26,658 bases of DNA, from positions 186,001 to 212,658 of the forward strand of contig JAUFOQ010000011.1 of the NCBI GenBank assembly GCA_040285855.1, written 5' to 3'. How positions within the stretch are numbered: position 1 is the first letter of the stretch; every line of letters starts with the position of its first letter. The notes under the pieces were generated by a model, which was not told the origin of the DNA, searched no databases, and was given only the letters and a program-made list of their open reading frames with translations. Positions 11,880-23,017 of this stretch are shown in pieces. The DNA comes from Eukaryota sp. GEM-RC1 (Eukaryota). The translations under genes were made by a program, and so were the position numbers.

Positions 11880-12967
11880 GTTACCCAAGAACTTATGGTT
11901 TCCCATAAGGTGCTCAGAGGGTCGTATGTTAACGCCTCCAAATCCCTAGTCGGCATAGTTTATGGTTGAGACTACGACGGTGTCTAATCGTCTTCGATCC
12001 CCAACTTTCGACCTTGATTAATGAGAACATCTTTGGCAAATGCTTTCGCAGTAGTTAGTCATCCGGCAATCCAAGAATTTCACCTCTGACACCGGAGTAC
12101 TAATGCCCCAACTGTCCCTTTTAATCATTACTCTAGTCCTCAAAACCAATAAAACAGAACCAAAGTCCTATTCCATTATTCCATGCTAAGTTATTCAATT
12201 GCATAAAGCCTGCTTTGAACACTCTAATTTTTCAAAGTAAACGGTCTAAATTCAATAACCACCGCCGAAGCAAATGATCATTGTCCTTAGACTTAAGAGC
12301 TTGCCATCCAACAGGTTAGACCCATCGGACAACAAACTCTGACTTTCAACTACGGACGATTTAAACGCAGCAATTTTAAGATACACTACTAGAGCTGGAA
12401 TTACCGCGGCTGCTGGCACCAGACTTGCCCTCTAGTAGCTCCTCGTTAAAGGTTTTAAGTTGTACTCATTCCAATTACGAACTCAAAAGAGCCCAGTATT
12501 GTTATTTTTGTCACTACCTCCTCGTGTTGAGATTGGGTAATTTTCGCGCCTGCTGCCTTCCTTGGATGTGGTAGCCGTTTCTCAGGCTCCCTCTCCGGAA
12601 TCAAACCCTAATTCCCCGTTACCCGTCATAACCACCGTAAGCCACTACCTTACGGTTTAGTTGATAGGGCAGTGATTTAAGCGATATGTCGCCGTCCGAA
12701 GACATGCGATCAGCATAGTTATTATGAATCACCAAAGACCTGTTGCCAGGATTGGTTTTGTATCTAATAAATGCATCACTGTTGCCAATGATTGAGTGCA
12801 TGTATTAGCTCTAGAATTACCACGGTTATCCAAGTAGTAAGTACTATCGCATAAATTATCACTGATTTAATGAGCCATTCGCAGTTTCGGAGAAAACTCC
12901 TGAACTTAGACATGCATGGCTTAATCTTTGAGACAAGCATATGCCTACTGGCAGGATCAACCAGGTA
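11192..12967 (-). rRNA. 18S rRNA, complete (~1776 nt, no intron)
   Basis: Runs from TACCTGGTTGATCCTGCCAG to GTAGGTGAACCTGCGGATGGATCATT and includes TTGTACACACCGCCCGTC. Confidence 0.99.
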
Positions 12968-13492
12968 TCATCAGTGATAGCCAATCATCTTGCGACGACT
13001 GACTTCAAAGCTATGACATCCTATTTTAAATCAACCATCAGATGGTCGATTCGTGTTGATCATTTGATCTTTTCACATGTCCCAACTAGTAGCCTGATAA
13101 CCACTAATCGTTCCATATGATGTACCTATAGATAGATTGCATGAACTTCAATTCATCTTCTTTCAGTACAGTGGGTGCATTCAAACCTTAATGTTTCCAT
13201 CTTGGCTTTCGTACAACACCATTTTGTTACCAAAGTAACAGGGGTCATTCGAACAAAATCCAATACAACATTGATAAACATTGTAAAAGAGACCATGTAA
13301 GAAGACATGGCTTTAGTATACCTAACCGAAATCAGAATTACTCTGACATCTGAGAGAGGTACACCCTACATATATGCCAAGTTTTTCATTTATATACCCT
13401 TTTACCAACAATGACTCGGATGACCATACCTAAATAGCTCAAATCCGCAATAAAATGGTCCCAAAAACTTTCAAAAAATCAGAAAAACTTGT

Positions 13493-13565
13493 AACTTTTC
13501 TGGGGCCAAAAGTTCCGGAACTTTTCTGGGGTAGGGGCCAAAAAGTTTGGAACTTTTCTGGGGTC
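13493..13565. repeat. AACTTTTCTGG subrepeats / palindrome, copy 2
   Basis: Same motif cluster as 1939-2010. Confidence 0.7.
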
Positions 13566-16160
13566 ATTTGAGTTGGTTTTTCACGATGAAAACTGGTTGG
13601 GGTCTTTTGACTCGACTTGGTATTACGTTTGTAATTGATTATTTGCACTAAATAAAGGATAGAATTGTATTTTTGTAAAAATTTGGAAATAGTTGATGGT
13701 TATCGATTGATTGATGACCTGGTATGATTGTTGACCGTCATGGGGGTCAAAATGATTCCGATGGATTTAAGATGTACCAAAGGTATCTTTTGAATGTCGT
13801 TGTGTAACTAGTGGTGGTAGTGCAATCACAATCAAATTTAGGTCAAAACGATTTTCTCCGAGAACAGCTCATGACAGTCAATCATGTTGTACACACCGTC
13901 ATGAACATCCCTTGCCCATGTTTGTATGAAGTTAGAACGGTGGAACATGTCTAGAGGCTGTGCACGAGTGTAAAGACTGGTAAAAGTGTCGAAATCGTGA
14001 TTACTTAGGAGTTGAGCTCCTTTCGATACTTTTAACAATTACCAGCATAATCTATGCATACGATAACCTAATAGTACTGTTAACAGCATCAGTTGAATTA
14101 GTTTCATCTTAACTCCAGTAGTGTTTGAATATTGGTCAAGTTCAATTGATTCTCATACATGACTGTTGATACATTTTGATTTCTTCTTTGATACAGTTAT
14201 GTCCCATACCAGTGTGCAAATGGCACGCCTACTGGTGCATGATCATATGATTGCATGAGAAAGTTTTTGTATAAGTATGTGATTTCAACTTACTACTCGT
14301 AAACTATCATGTAAAGGGGACATGGATTCTCTTAGTATACATTCTGTACAGCTAGTGTACACACACATTATAGTAACCCAACAGTACTGGATCGCTTCTC
14401 AAGTTGACATGGTGAATTAATTATTTTAGTCAAAATTGTTAAATTCTATCTTTCAGTGGTTACTTTGGAATTGTCTATAACTGTGCAACAGTGTTACTAT
14501 GGTGGTGTTCATTAGTCATACAACAATCAAAATCATCATGAAGATCGACAAAGAGCAGTAGTATGGTCAAATTTGAAAATGAACAAAACCACTTCTACAA
14601 CACTTTAAAGTTGTTTTCACATGCTCACACAAGAGTAGAACCAATATCAATGTCAAACACCAAAGTCAATCAAAATTGTATCACAGTCAATCAAACATCA
14701 TTCACATGAATTACACTCAGTCATATAACTTAAATCCAAAATATCAAAATCAACACCAACTAGTCCAAAAGAAACAATTAAAACAGTATATAACAACATT
14801 GGTAGATCGTTTCTACATCAACACAACACTTTTACAAACAATGACTATTACCACTGTAATACAATGTAAACTATCAATATTGACCCTAATGGATCAACTC
14901 AAGTCTATATATTTTTGAAACTTTTCACCTCAACTATAGTGTCAAACTGACCAAGTATAAAATGTTGACCAAAGTACATGTGAAAAATAAAAGTCTTTGA
15001 AACTTGGTATATATTATACCAATGTGTGGTTAACATCGTATAGATGATGTATTTGTAATATCAGTGACATTGGTTGGTAAAGTGTATGGTCTTTAGTTAT
15101 TGGTAATTTTGAAGTGTACATGAAAGTTGTCAATTTCCACTTTTAACACCTTAACTGATGATCTTGAGAAGTTATATATTGGTTTGGAATCAATTTTATC
15201 TGAGTCGAATGTTTTCATTTTGACTTGGTAGTACTAGTGTATGAGTATCAAAGTGACAAAATGAATGTTATGGATATTGAACAGTTGTACTAGTACTAGT
15301 TGTAGTATCACTGTAGTAGTGTTCACAGTGAATATTAGCTGTTGAATTAAATTCTGTGGTAAAAGTGGTCATTGGTGGATTTTGTTTTGTCAGTCCTTTG
15401 ATGTCACTTTGGTTTTATTTGTTTTAATTTTATCGCAGTGTGTAGTGGTTTGATAGTTAACAAGTGTACATATTAAATTAGGTTTGTTCAAGTCAAGTTG
15501 TATATGTTTGGTATATAATGAGTATTTTGGTATTAAAAATGAGTCACTTGAACACTAGTTTTGATTATTACATAGTGGTTTAGTAAGTGTTTTTGTATAG
15601 TGTGGTTGATGTAAAAATTTAAAATTCAATATGTTTGATTTCTATTTTTATTACTTTAATGTGTGTAATTGTGTTGTAATTCGTTGAGTTGGAGTTAATC
15701 GATATAGTTTTGGATTCTAATAGACAAAGTAATGATACTTATTGGATAGTATCACAATCAATCAATTTTGATTGGTACCAAGTTTTAAGCCCAATATTGG
15801 TTTTACTTACTACCATGAGTTTTGTTTACGTGTTTATTCATGAATACTGGATAGTGTAGTGTGTGTACTGCTGGGTGAAGTTACACATGGTGAGTATGAA
15901 GTTTGTGTATCTGACAGTAGTGGAATTATTAATGTTTATTTAAAGTATTACTAATATTTTACAACAGTATTAGTTGAATTTGAATCTCTTGCTTTTGATT
16001 ATACTAGTGATACTGTATGTGTGTTACTAAATGTAGTACACCTATGACTTAATTTAACATTCATTTATTATACAGTTGTAATAAGTTTTCAAAATTTTGA
16101 ACCAAACATCACATAAATCACTACCCAAAGGTATAAAATAACTACCAAATAACAAACAAA

Positions 16161-16280
16161 AGAATGCAGCACTCAGTGTTCGCTTGTGGTCTCCCACCAA
16201 ACTACTAACTAAGCCTTTGGCCACTTAACTTCGGAATTCGGAATGGGATCCGGTGCTATGGACCAAGTATGGCCGCATTC
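16161..16280 (-). rRNA. 5S rRNA, copy 2
   Basis: 120 nt, matches 4599-4717 apart from one indel, followed by a T-run on the minus strand. Confidence 0.96.
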
Positions 16281-17636
16281 ATGAGTTATATTGCGATTGT
16301 GGGTTTAAGCTTGGTGAGTACTATACTGTTGGTGTGGTAATACTAATACAATTGGTATGTGATTTGTACTTTTGTATTGTACAGAGTCATGTTCATAGTA
16401 GTAGATAGATTGTGCATAGTGATGTTGTAACTATGATACAATGTTGATACATACTAACAATATTGAGAAGTTGAGTCTGAACAATTATCTTGTATATGTG
16501 TGACACAGTATTATACTTTTATCAATATGTTATACACTAGTATGTGGTGTTGTCAATGTTGTGTGATTCAAAATTTGTCTAGTTTCAAATATTATTATTA
16601 AGATGTATGTCTCACAAGTGTGGTGTAGTGATTTGGTATAGTAGTACAGATGTTTTGTCATTAACATTTGTGATTTTGCATAGATTTATAAAACTATTGG
16701 TACAAGACGGTGCTAAATATTTGACATTATTTAAAATTTGTCAAACTCAAGTAACACTGTTTTATTCGATTATATATGAATATGAGTACTGTAAGTGGTG
16801 ATTATGTATAGTGTATAGTATGTGTCATGTATCAGTGTGTGACTTGTACTTACATGTATAAGTCTATTTGATATTGGTGTACTATTTATGTAATTGTGAT
16901 TAAGACTGTGATTATCAGATAGATTTAAGTCCATCAGTTACATTTGATTAACTCTTTGTCATTTGATTTAGTACTATACTATGTATGTATGTAGTACTAT
17001 GGTACATGTTTAGCTCTATGTGGATCTCATCTACATCACTATCATTATGATTGTGAATGTGGTGAAGGTATGTTGTGAATCACTCTAATCAATTTTGATT
17101 GGTTTAGTGATTGTCACTGTGATTAGCTATTACTAGTATTACTAGTAAATCTACACACCAATGACTACTATAGTACACTATGACTGTTAGTGTTGGAGAT
17201 GTACATGACAATTGATCTGATTTTATGAAACTCAATTACTACAATTGATGATTGTCTAGTTGATTACAACCACTATACCAACTAATCTACGACTCCCATG
17301 TTCCAATCAAAATTGATCGAAAAATGTTTTCACTTGGTATGCTGAAACTGCCTAAAATCAGCTCAAAATGACCCTCAATCCGTCTCTCTACGTGATTTTT
17401 GAAAAGTGATTTTGATTGGTATACCAGATCTACTGAGGATCACCTCAAAGTGACTGTCAATCAACGAATTTACATGATTTTCATTAACAATCAGATTTTG
17501 ACTCCCATGTAACTCCTGGCCAATCGCACTTCAACACTTCTAAATGCTTGTACACGTCATGTACTGGGCCCTAGTACCCTATGTAGTACTCCAAGTTCCC
17601 AAAAAGGCTCTAAAAATGACCATTTGAAGGCCAATG

Positions 17637-17725
17637 GGATTGCGTTTACAAAATTGTCTCCAACTCGAGCCGCCGCAAGTACATCACGCGGCTCCCGAGT
17701 TACAACAATTTTGTAAACGCAATCC
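17637..17725. repeat. IGS long hairpin, copy 2
   Basis: ggattgcgtttacaaaattgt ... acaattttgtaaacgcaatcc, 21-bp perfect arms. Confidence 0.9.
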
Positions 17726-19033
17726 AGAACTAATCTAGACACCATCGTACTAGGGACTTAGTGTAGTACTCAAGACCTCTGTTACATCGTCAAAGGTACT
17801 TCATCTGAGTTCCCCACAAACCCCTAAAACATGATGATCCCATTTTGCATTTGTGCAAGAAGAAACTTTTTATAAAAGTTTAAACATTTCCCCAATAGGA
17901 GGCTCTGAGGCCAGGTACTAAAAGGGCGACTACTCCTCTATCACCAATGCAGTGCACCTATTATCCAAAGGCACAGGGCCCTCAAACAATAAACACAACA
18001 ACACAGCGAACGAAGATGTGTAAAGCCGGAATTGTCCAAGATCCATTGGTTACCCAACATCTCTCAGACTATCCTCGTGCAACCAGTTTTATGGCGTAGA
18101 AACACGGCAGATCGATAAATCAAGCCACAACTAACCCTATTACAGTCCCAGTACCATGCAGGACTTACTTAAAAATTAGTCAATGACTTTCACTTAGTAT
18201 CATTGACTTTGGTAGCATACAGTTGGTCGGTTACTGTTTGTAGTGTATACACAACATGTCTGTGCTTGTACCACTTTATTCTTCCCATCAAATCCATCAC
18301 CAATTTCAGCACCTTAGTGCTACTGTGGTGTTGTCTTTTATGGGTAAAGTAGTCGTTGACTTGTCGATATAAAAATAATAAAGACTCGTCCTTTGACAAT
18401 GTACTGCTACTACCGACAGTCAATGTCAATTAAACTCAAAAATCTTAGTCGTTTTACGAAATTATAGTTTTCACTATTGTCTCCAACTAAGTGTATTCGA
18501 GTGTGGTACTGTCGTTTGATCCACGGCACAGACATGAACCATCAAGTACCATGGTTGAGACATGCACTAGTCACTTGGACGTGCATTTGGACTGTCAGTA
18601 TTAGATACGAACAGTCTTGGCTTATAGATATGATTCCAAAACAGAACCACTACAAACCTTAAGAGTATTAAGACTCTAGTTACTACACAGGAGTCTCTAC
18701 TTCTTTGGTGTGTTATCATTGGTCTTAGTCAATGATACTTCAACCTTAGTCATTACAACCAAGGTCTAACCATCATCTTTTTGTGCAGCCAAGACCTAAA
18801 CACACATGCATCTTATATCATCTTAGCATTTTGAATAACCAAGAATGACAAAGACACATAGTCTCAACCATCTCAACCATTAGCTACTTAGATACATACA
18901 TACTTATATACAATCTTGAGCAACTATGATCGGACTCAACTATGACTAACTCATTGTATGTTCACCACACAACGAATCAGCCAACTCTTGTTGAGTTAGC
19001 ATTGAACCCCTTCCCAAGTGGTCCAATTAAAGA

Positions 19034-19061
19034 GAGAAGGCATGTTTAACCACGCCTTCTC
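19034..19061 (-). other. Hairpin immediately 3' of 28S (candidate 3' ETS processing stem)
   Basis: Minus strand GAGAAGGCGUG-GUUAAA-CAUGCCUUCUC forms an 11-bp stem with one G-U pair. The role is inferred. Confidence 0.5.
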
Positions 19062-19459
19062 CAGAACTAGGAACATCAGATGAGCCTCAGTAACTCGTGT
19101 CAATACAACACTTGTACACGTACAGCACTGCGTTCCATATCTGAGTCGTCTACTCAGGTTCCACGCACCAGCAAGTCTTCATAGTTTCAATGATCAATGA
19201 CTAGTCTTCGACCAATCACCAATCTCACTAGTGTGATATTGGGGCGATGCAAGCACCACCCTAATCTTTATCGATTAGTTCTGCTGGACAATATGTGGAT
19301 CTTTCTAGGCTGGATACTAACTTAGAGGCGTTCAGTTATAATCCAACATACGTAGCTTCGCAGCAATGCCTTTTCAGACAACCGCATAAACCAACTGTAT
19401 GATGCAAGGGTTCCTCTCGTACTGACTTGCATTACTATTAGATCCACTAACAATCAGTA
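19062..19459 (-). pseudogene. 28S rRNA 3' fragment (~400 bp) downstream of the retroelement; upstream 28S absent from this unit
   Basis: Matches 7472-7869. Homology stops after caatcagta, where the intact gene continues gggtaaaac. Confidence 0.95.
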
Positions 19460-19612
19460 TTTATATACGGTATAATTAAACCTAAAGTAAATAAAACTAT
19501 TTGAAACATTTAACTAAATTTGAAATAACATAGTCAAGCTGGATAATTAAAATATACAATTGAATTCAGTAAAACATTTTTCAAATAAAACATTTGGACA
19601 ATAACTGGTCCG

Positions 19613-22600
19613 TCAACCCAGTTGATTATCAGTGACGATGTTCTTATAAGCCAAGTAGTTCCTAATGGAATCTTTGACAACTGTACAATGAAGTTCAGCT
19701 GTCTTGGCTTCCAACTTAAATGTTTTTAAAAATTTTAAAAATTCTGGTGAAAATCCACCAGACGTGAAACAAATAAGTGGTTGAACATTTTCAAATAAAT
19801 GTTGATACTTCTCAATTTTGCTCTTTCAGCATTTCTAACACAAATTGAGAGTTCTTTGTAGGAACCACCCACAATTCTTAAATCATAAGCAGTATTACCA
19901 CTTACAATATCAGGTCTAAGATTATTACCTTCAACCTTGGCTTCAACATTTAAATTTGAATTTTGGGCTATGATTTTAAGTACTTCATCATGCCTCTGGA
20001 TTCTTAGTTTGTTTGTATTACTACAATTAAAGGCATGAAAGGTCCTAGAACCCTTCTCCTTACAAACCAAGCAACGTCCTCTGTTGTCAGCCTCTCAGTT
20101 AAAGGTAAAAGCAAATGAGCTGACAGGTAAATTGAAAAATAATCATTAGAAAAGTATAAATCCTCTTCTCAGGAACACATGTGAGAAGCATCTTGCTTTT
20201 CTGAGTAAACAGTTGATCAATATCATGATCAGCAAGGGATATTGTTGTCTAATAAATTGAAAAGAGTCAATTGATTTCTCTACAAAATTTTTTAGATAGA
20301 AATTTTTGACAACCTTTCATTTCACTGGGACGAACAAAATCTATTCCAGTATCCTTTGAGTATAAAAACTCTTCAACTGAAGATGAAATAGAGTGAACTA
20401 AATCAGCATTGAAATACTCAGGATCATTTAATAAATAATTATTAATCGTCACAAAGACGAAGCCAATGACGAAGTAAAAGCCAAGTGGTTAATCTCAGCA
20501 TAGTTGGTTAAGCCCAACCCACCTTGAGCAATTGGTAAAGAAATTAAAAATTTAAACTCAATTTGACGATCCAATCGTCGTTCTAACTCAGTAGAAATTG
20601 AATTAAAAAATTAAAAAATGATTAGTGGTAACACTTGGCTCACAAGTTCTTGCAAGCCAATTAATTTTAGTATTGATACACTCTTTAATCAACAAGAGTG
20701 CATTTTGAAACGATAAAGATGAAGTTAAGCTAATTGATCTCGCAATCGAACTAACTTTATCACCAATAAACGAATCAATATCGTTACCAACAAACCCACC
20801 AAGAGCTTCACCAGGATTGTTTAAAGTAAGTATCTCACACTTACTTTCATTAATTTTAAGATTAAATTGAAAAACTCTTCAGAAAATAAATTTAAAACAT
20901 TATCCAAGTCTTTTTGACGTTTTGTTAAAACAAAGATGTCATCTAGATATGCAAAACAGCAATATCAGGAAAAGTACTTCGAATTTTACAAATTGTTGGG
21001 TGAATACCCAAAAAAAGATAAGAAGACATTGATCTCCTTGACGCACTCTAGATTGCGAGGAGATAATGAAATTTTGATAGATCTGCTCAGAAGAAATTCC
21101 ATAAGCGAAATTAAAGAATCTATGAAATTTTGAATTTTTTAAAGATGAAATAAATACTGACGGGAGATAGGGCGTTCTCCACGTCAATTTTCAGGCATTT
21201 TGAAAACTGGCCTGATTTTAAAGTCTCATTAATAATATGAATAATGGACTCAGCCCCAGATTCTACCTTAACGCCAAGTTGGCCAGCTAAGGCAAGATCT
21301 GAGCTGTCAATAGTTAAGGCCAAAGCCTTTGAAGTAATTTTATAAAAGAGTTCTGGGACACAAATGGGTCGAATTTTGGTCCCAGCCTCGTTTTGAATTG
21401 GCACTAAACGTGACGAAGTCAACGCTTTGTGCAACTCCCGAGGAACAGAATTACTCAGAACTAAAGTAGATAAGTTAAATAAAAATTTAATAAAATTAGG
21501 TTTTAAAGAATGAGAAATAAGTTCGGTGTTCCAAAGAGAAACACCACCTTCTGAGGTTTTAGAAATCGAAGCAAAGGACGCTTCAACTTCTGCTAGCGTA
21601 ATGCCAGCTGGAACATTATTATTTTTAATAAAAGTTTTTGAGATTCAGGATTCATATCCTTTAACTTATTATAAATCTCATCTGGAGATAAAGAAATAGC
21701 AGTCTGTGGACTAGATAACAGAGCAAAGGCTTTAGATTTTCGTTAGCCTTGATAAGGTAATCCACTTTTTAATTCTGTTTTAAGGTTAAATTTGGGTACA
21801 GAATTAATATCATCAACTACTAATGGAAGAGAAATTTGAGAAAAATTGTTTCAACGAAATGTGGTTAAAACATAAAAGGAAAGGGAAGAACAAAATGTTT
21901 TAAAAGTAGTAACTACATCCAAATTCTTTTAAGTAATAACAACTTGGGTAGCAACAACAGATACATACAAACAGATGTAACATCCATATCAGCATTAAAC
22001 AAAGAATCCAAAATTGAATTAAAATGAAAAGAACCTTTAACACGCCGATATTTAACAAATTTCAATTTGTCCCAAAGCAATTGAAGACTTTAGGAGGAAT
22101 AGGACAAATCTTAACATTGTCATTGATGTTCTTGCACGAAGCAAGATGCATCTTAATACCTTTCCTAGTGACAATCCTAGGACAGTGAGCACATCTCACT
22201 AAATCAAACTGGACAAGGTCTTCTCCAGTGACTGCAAACATATGACAGTCGTTAATATGTGTTATAAACTTGTTTAACACCTTAAAACTTTTATGACAAC
22301 CATGAACAAAACAGTGATACTGATTATCATAGAACAACTTCCTACCCATGTCTACGTCCAAAGTAAACATTTGTGCAGCTTCTGCCTCAGAATCTTCCAT
22401 GTTGACATCTTCTTGAATATTATCAAGACTTGAACTGTTGACATCAGAATTGATTGATTCTCTGTTATCAGAAACATTTGAATCGGTACAAATCTGTTCG
22501 TCTTCCAGATTAATCTCAACAATGTCGTCAGAGTTATCTTGGGACAACTCTGTAGGAGGAGGAGAAGATGGAGGAGGAGGAGAATGAGGAGAAGATGGAG

Positions 22601-23017
22601 AAATAGGAGGAGAAATAGGAGAAATAGGAGGAGAAACTGGGGAAGTTTCCGTCAAAGCAGGAAGTTGCTGGTCATCAACAGAGCTCAAGGCGTTCTCTTG
22701 GGGAATACAGGAGGACATTTAGAACCATTCCGTTCCTTCTGTGTTCTATGCATATCAAACCTTTTACAGATACAACATCACCACATCCGCAGCGAGTGAA
22801 TCCGTTCTCGGAAAGTTGCAAAGAAGTCACATCAGGGTGAAACTTGACAATATGGCGACAGAACGCCTGTCTATCCTTATATAACCTGTCACATCCCAAG
22901 AAACACATAATATGAGAGGTTACTCTAGAATTTATTGGAGAGCTACTCTGCGAACAAGAAACTACCTTTCGAGAAGAAGATTGCTCCTCAACTCCGGTAT
23001 CATTCACATCTTCAGCC
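19613..23017 (-). CDS. Retrotransposon polyprotein (~1100 aa if frameshifts are corrected): zinc fingers, reverse transcriptase, CCHC knuckle, PD-(D/E)xK endonuclease. Broken by several frameshifts in this sequence
   Basis: Motifs in order across frames: CFLGC..H..H, CFVHGC..H..H, CAHC..H..C, RLVPI..KIRPI, QLGVKVESGAESIIH, KIDVENA, VRQGD (~21032-21046), FAYLDDI (~20935-20955), LGGFVG, SLPIAQGGLGL (~20510-20542), CLVC..HAFNC, RHDEV, LRPDI, YDL, K..KY. Stop TGA at 19613-19615. Confidence 0.9.
22554..22643. repeat. Purine-rich (GGA/GGAGAAATA)n low-complexity tract encoding a Ser/Pro linker
   Basis: Minus-strand translation SPVSPPISPISPPISPSSPHSPPPPSSPPP. Confidence 0.85.

Larger units (their letters stand above)
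12968..19061. other. Intergenic spacer including ETSs (copy 2)
   Basis: Near-identical to 1417-7471. Confidence 0.93.
19460..23017 (-). mobile_element. Non-LTR retrotransposon with restriction-like endonuclease (CRE-like motifs), 3' end in 28S, probably 5'-truncated (copy A)
   Basis: 3558 bp of non-rDNA sequence bounded by 28S (19459) and IGS (23018 corresponds to 4862/16425). Encodes ZnF-RT-CCHC-RLE, has a T-rich 3' UTR of about 153 bp ending TATAAA, and is co-oriented with the rRNA genes. Confidence 0.93.

Noticed and set aside
8109..12801. Many 60-165 aa ORFs overlapping 28S and 18S (also 1065-1247)
   Set aside because: Incidental frames within rRNA genes, with no protein motifs.
22539..22799. 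Arg-rich plus-strand ORF
   Set aside because: Antisense reading of the Ser/Pro linker of the retroelement.
19460..23017. Group I or II intron with a homing enzyme as an explanation for the 28S insertion
   Set aside because: No upstream exon and no intron core. The ZnF-RT-CCHC-RLE layout is that of a non-LTR retrotransposon.
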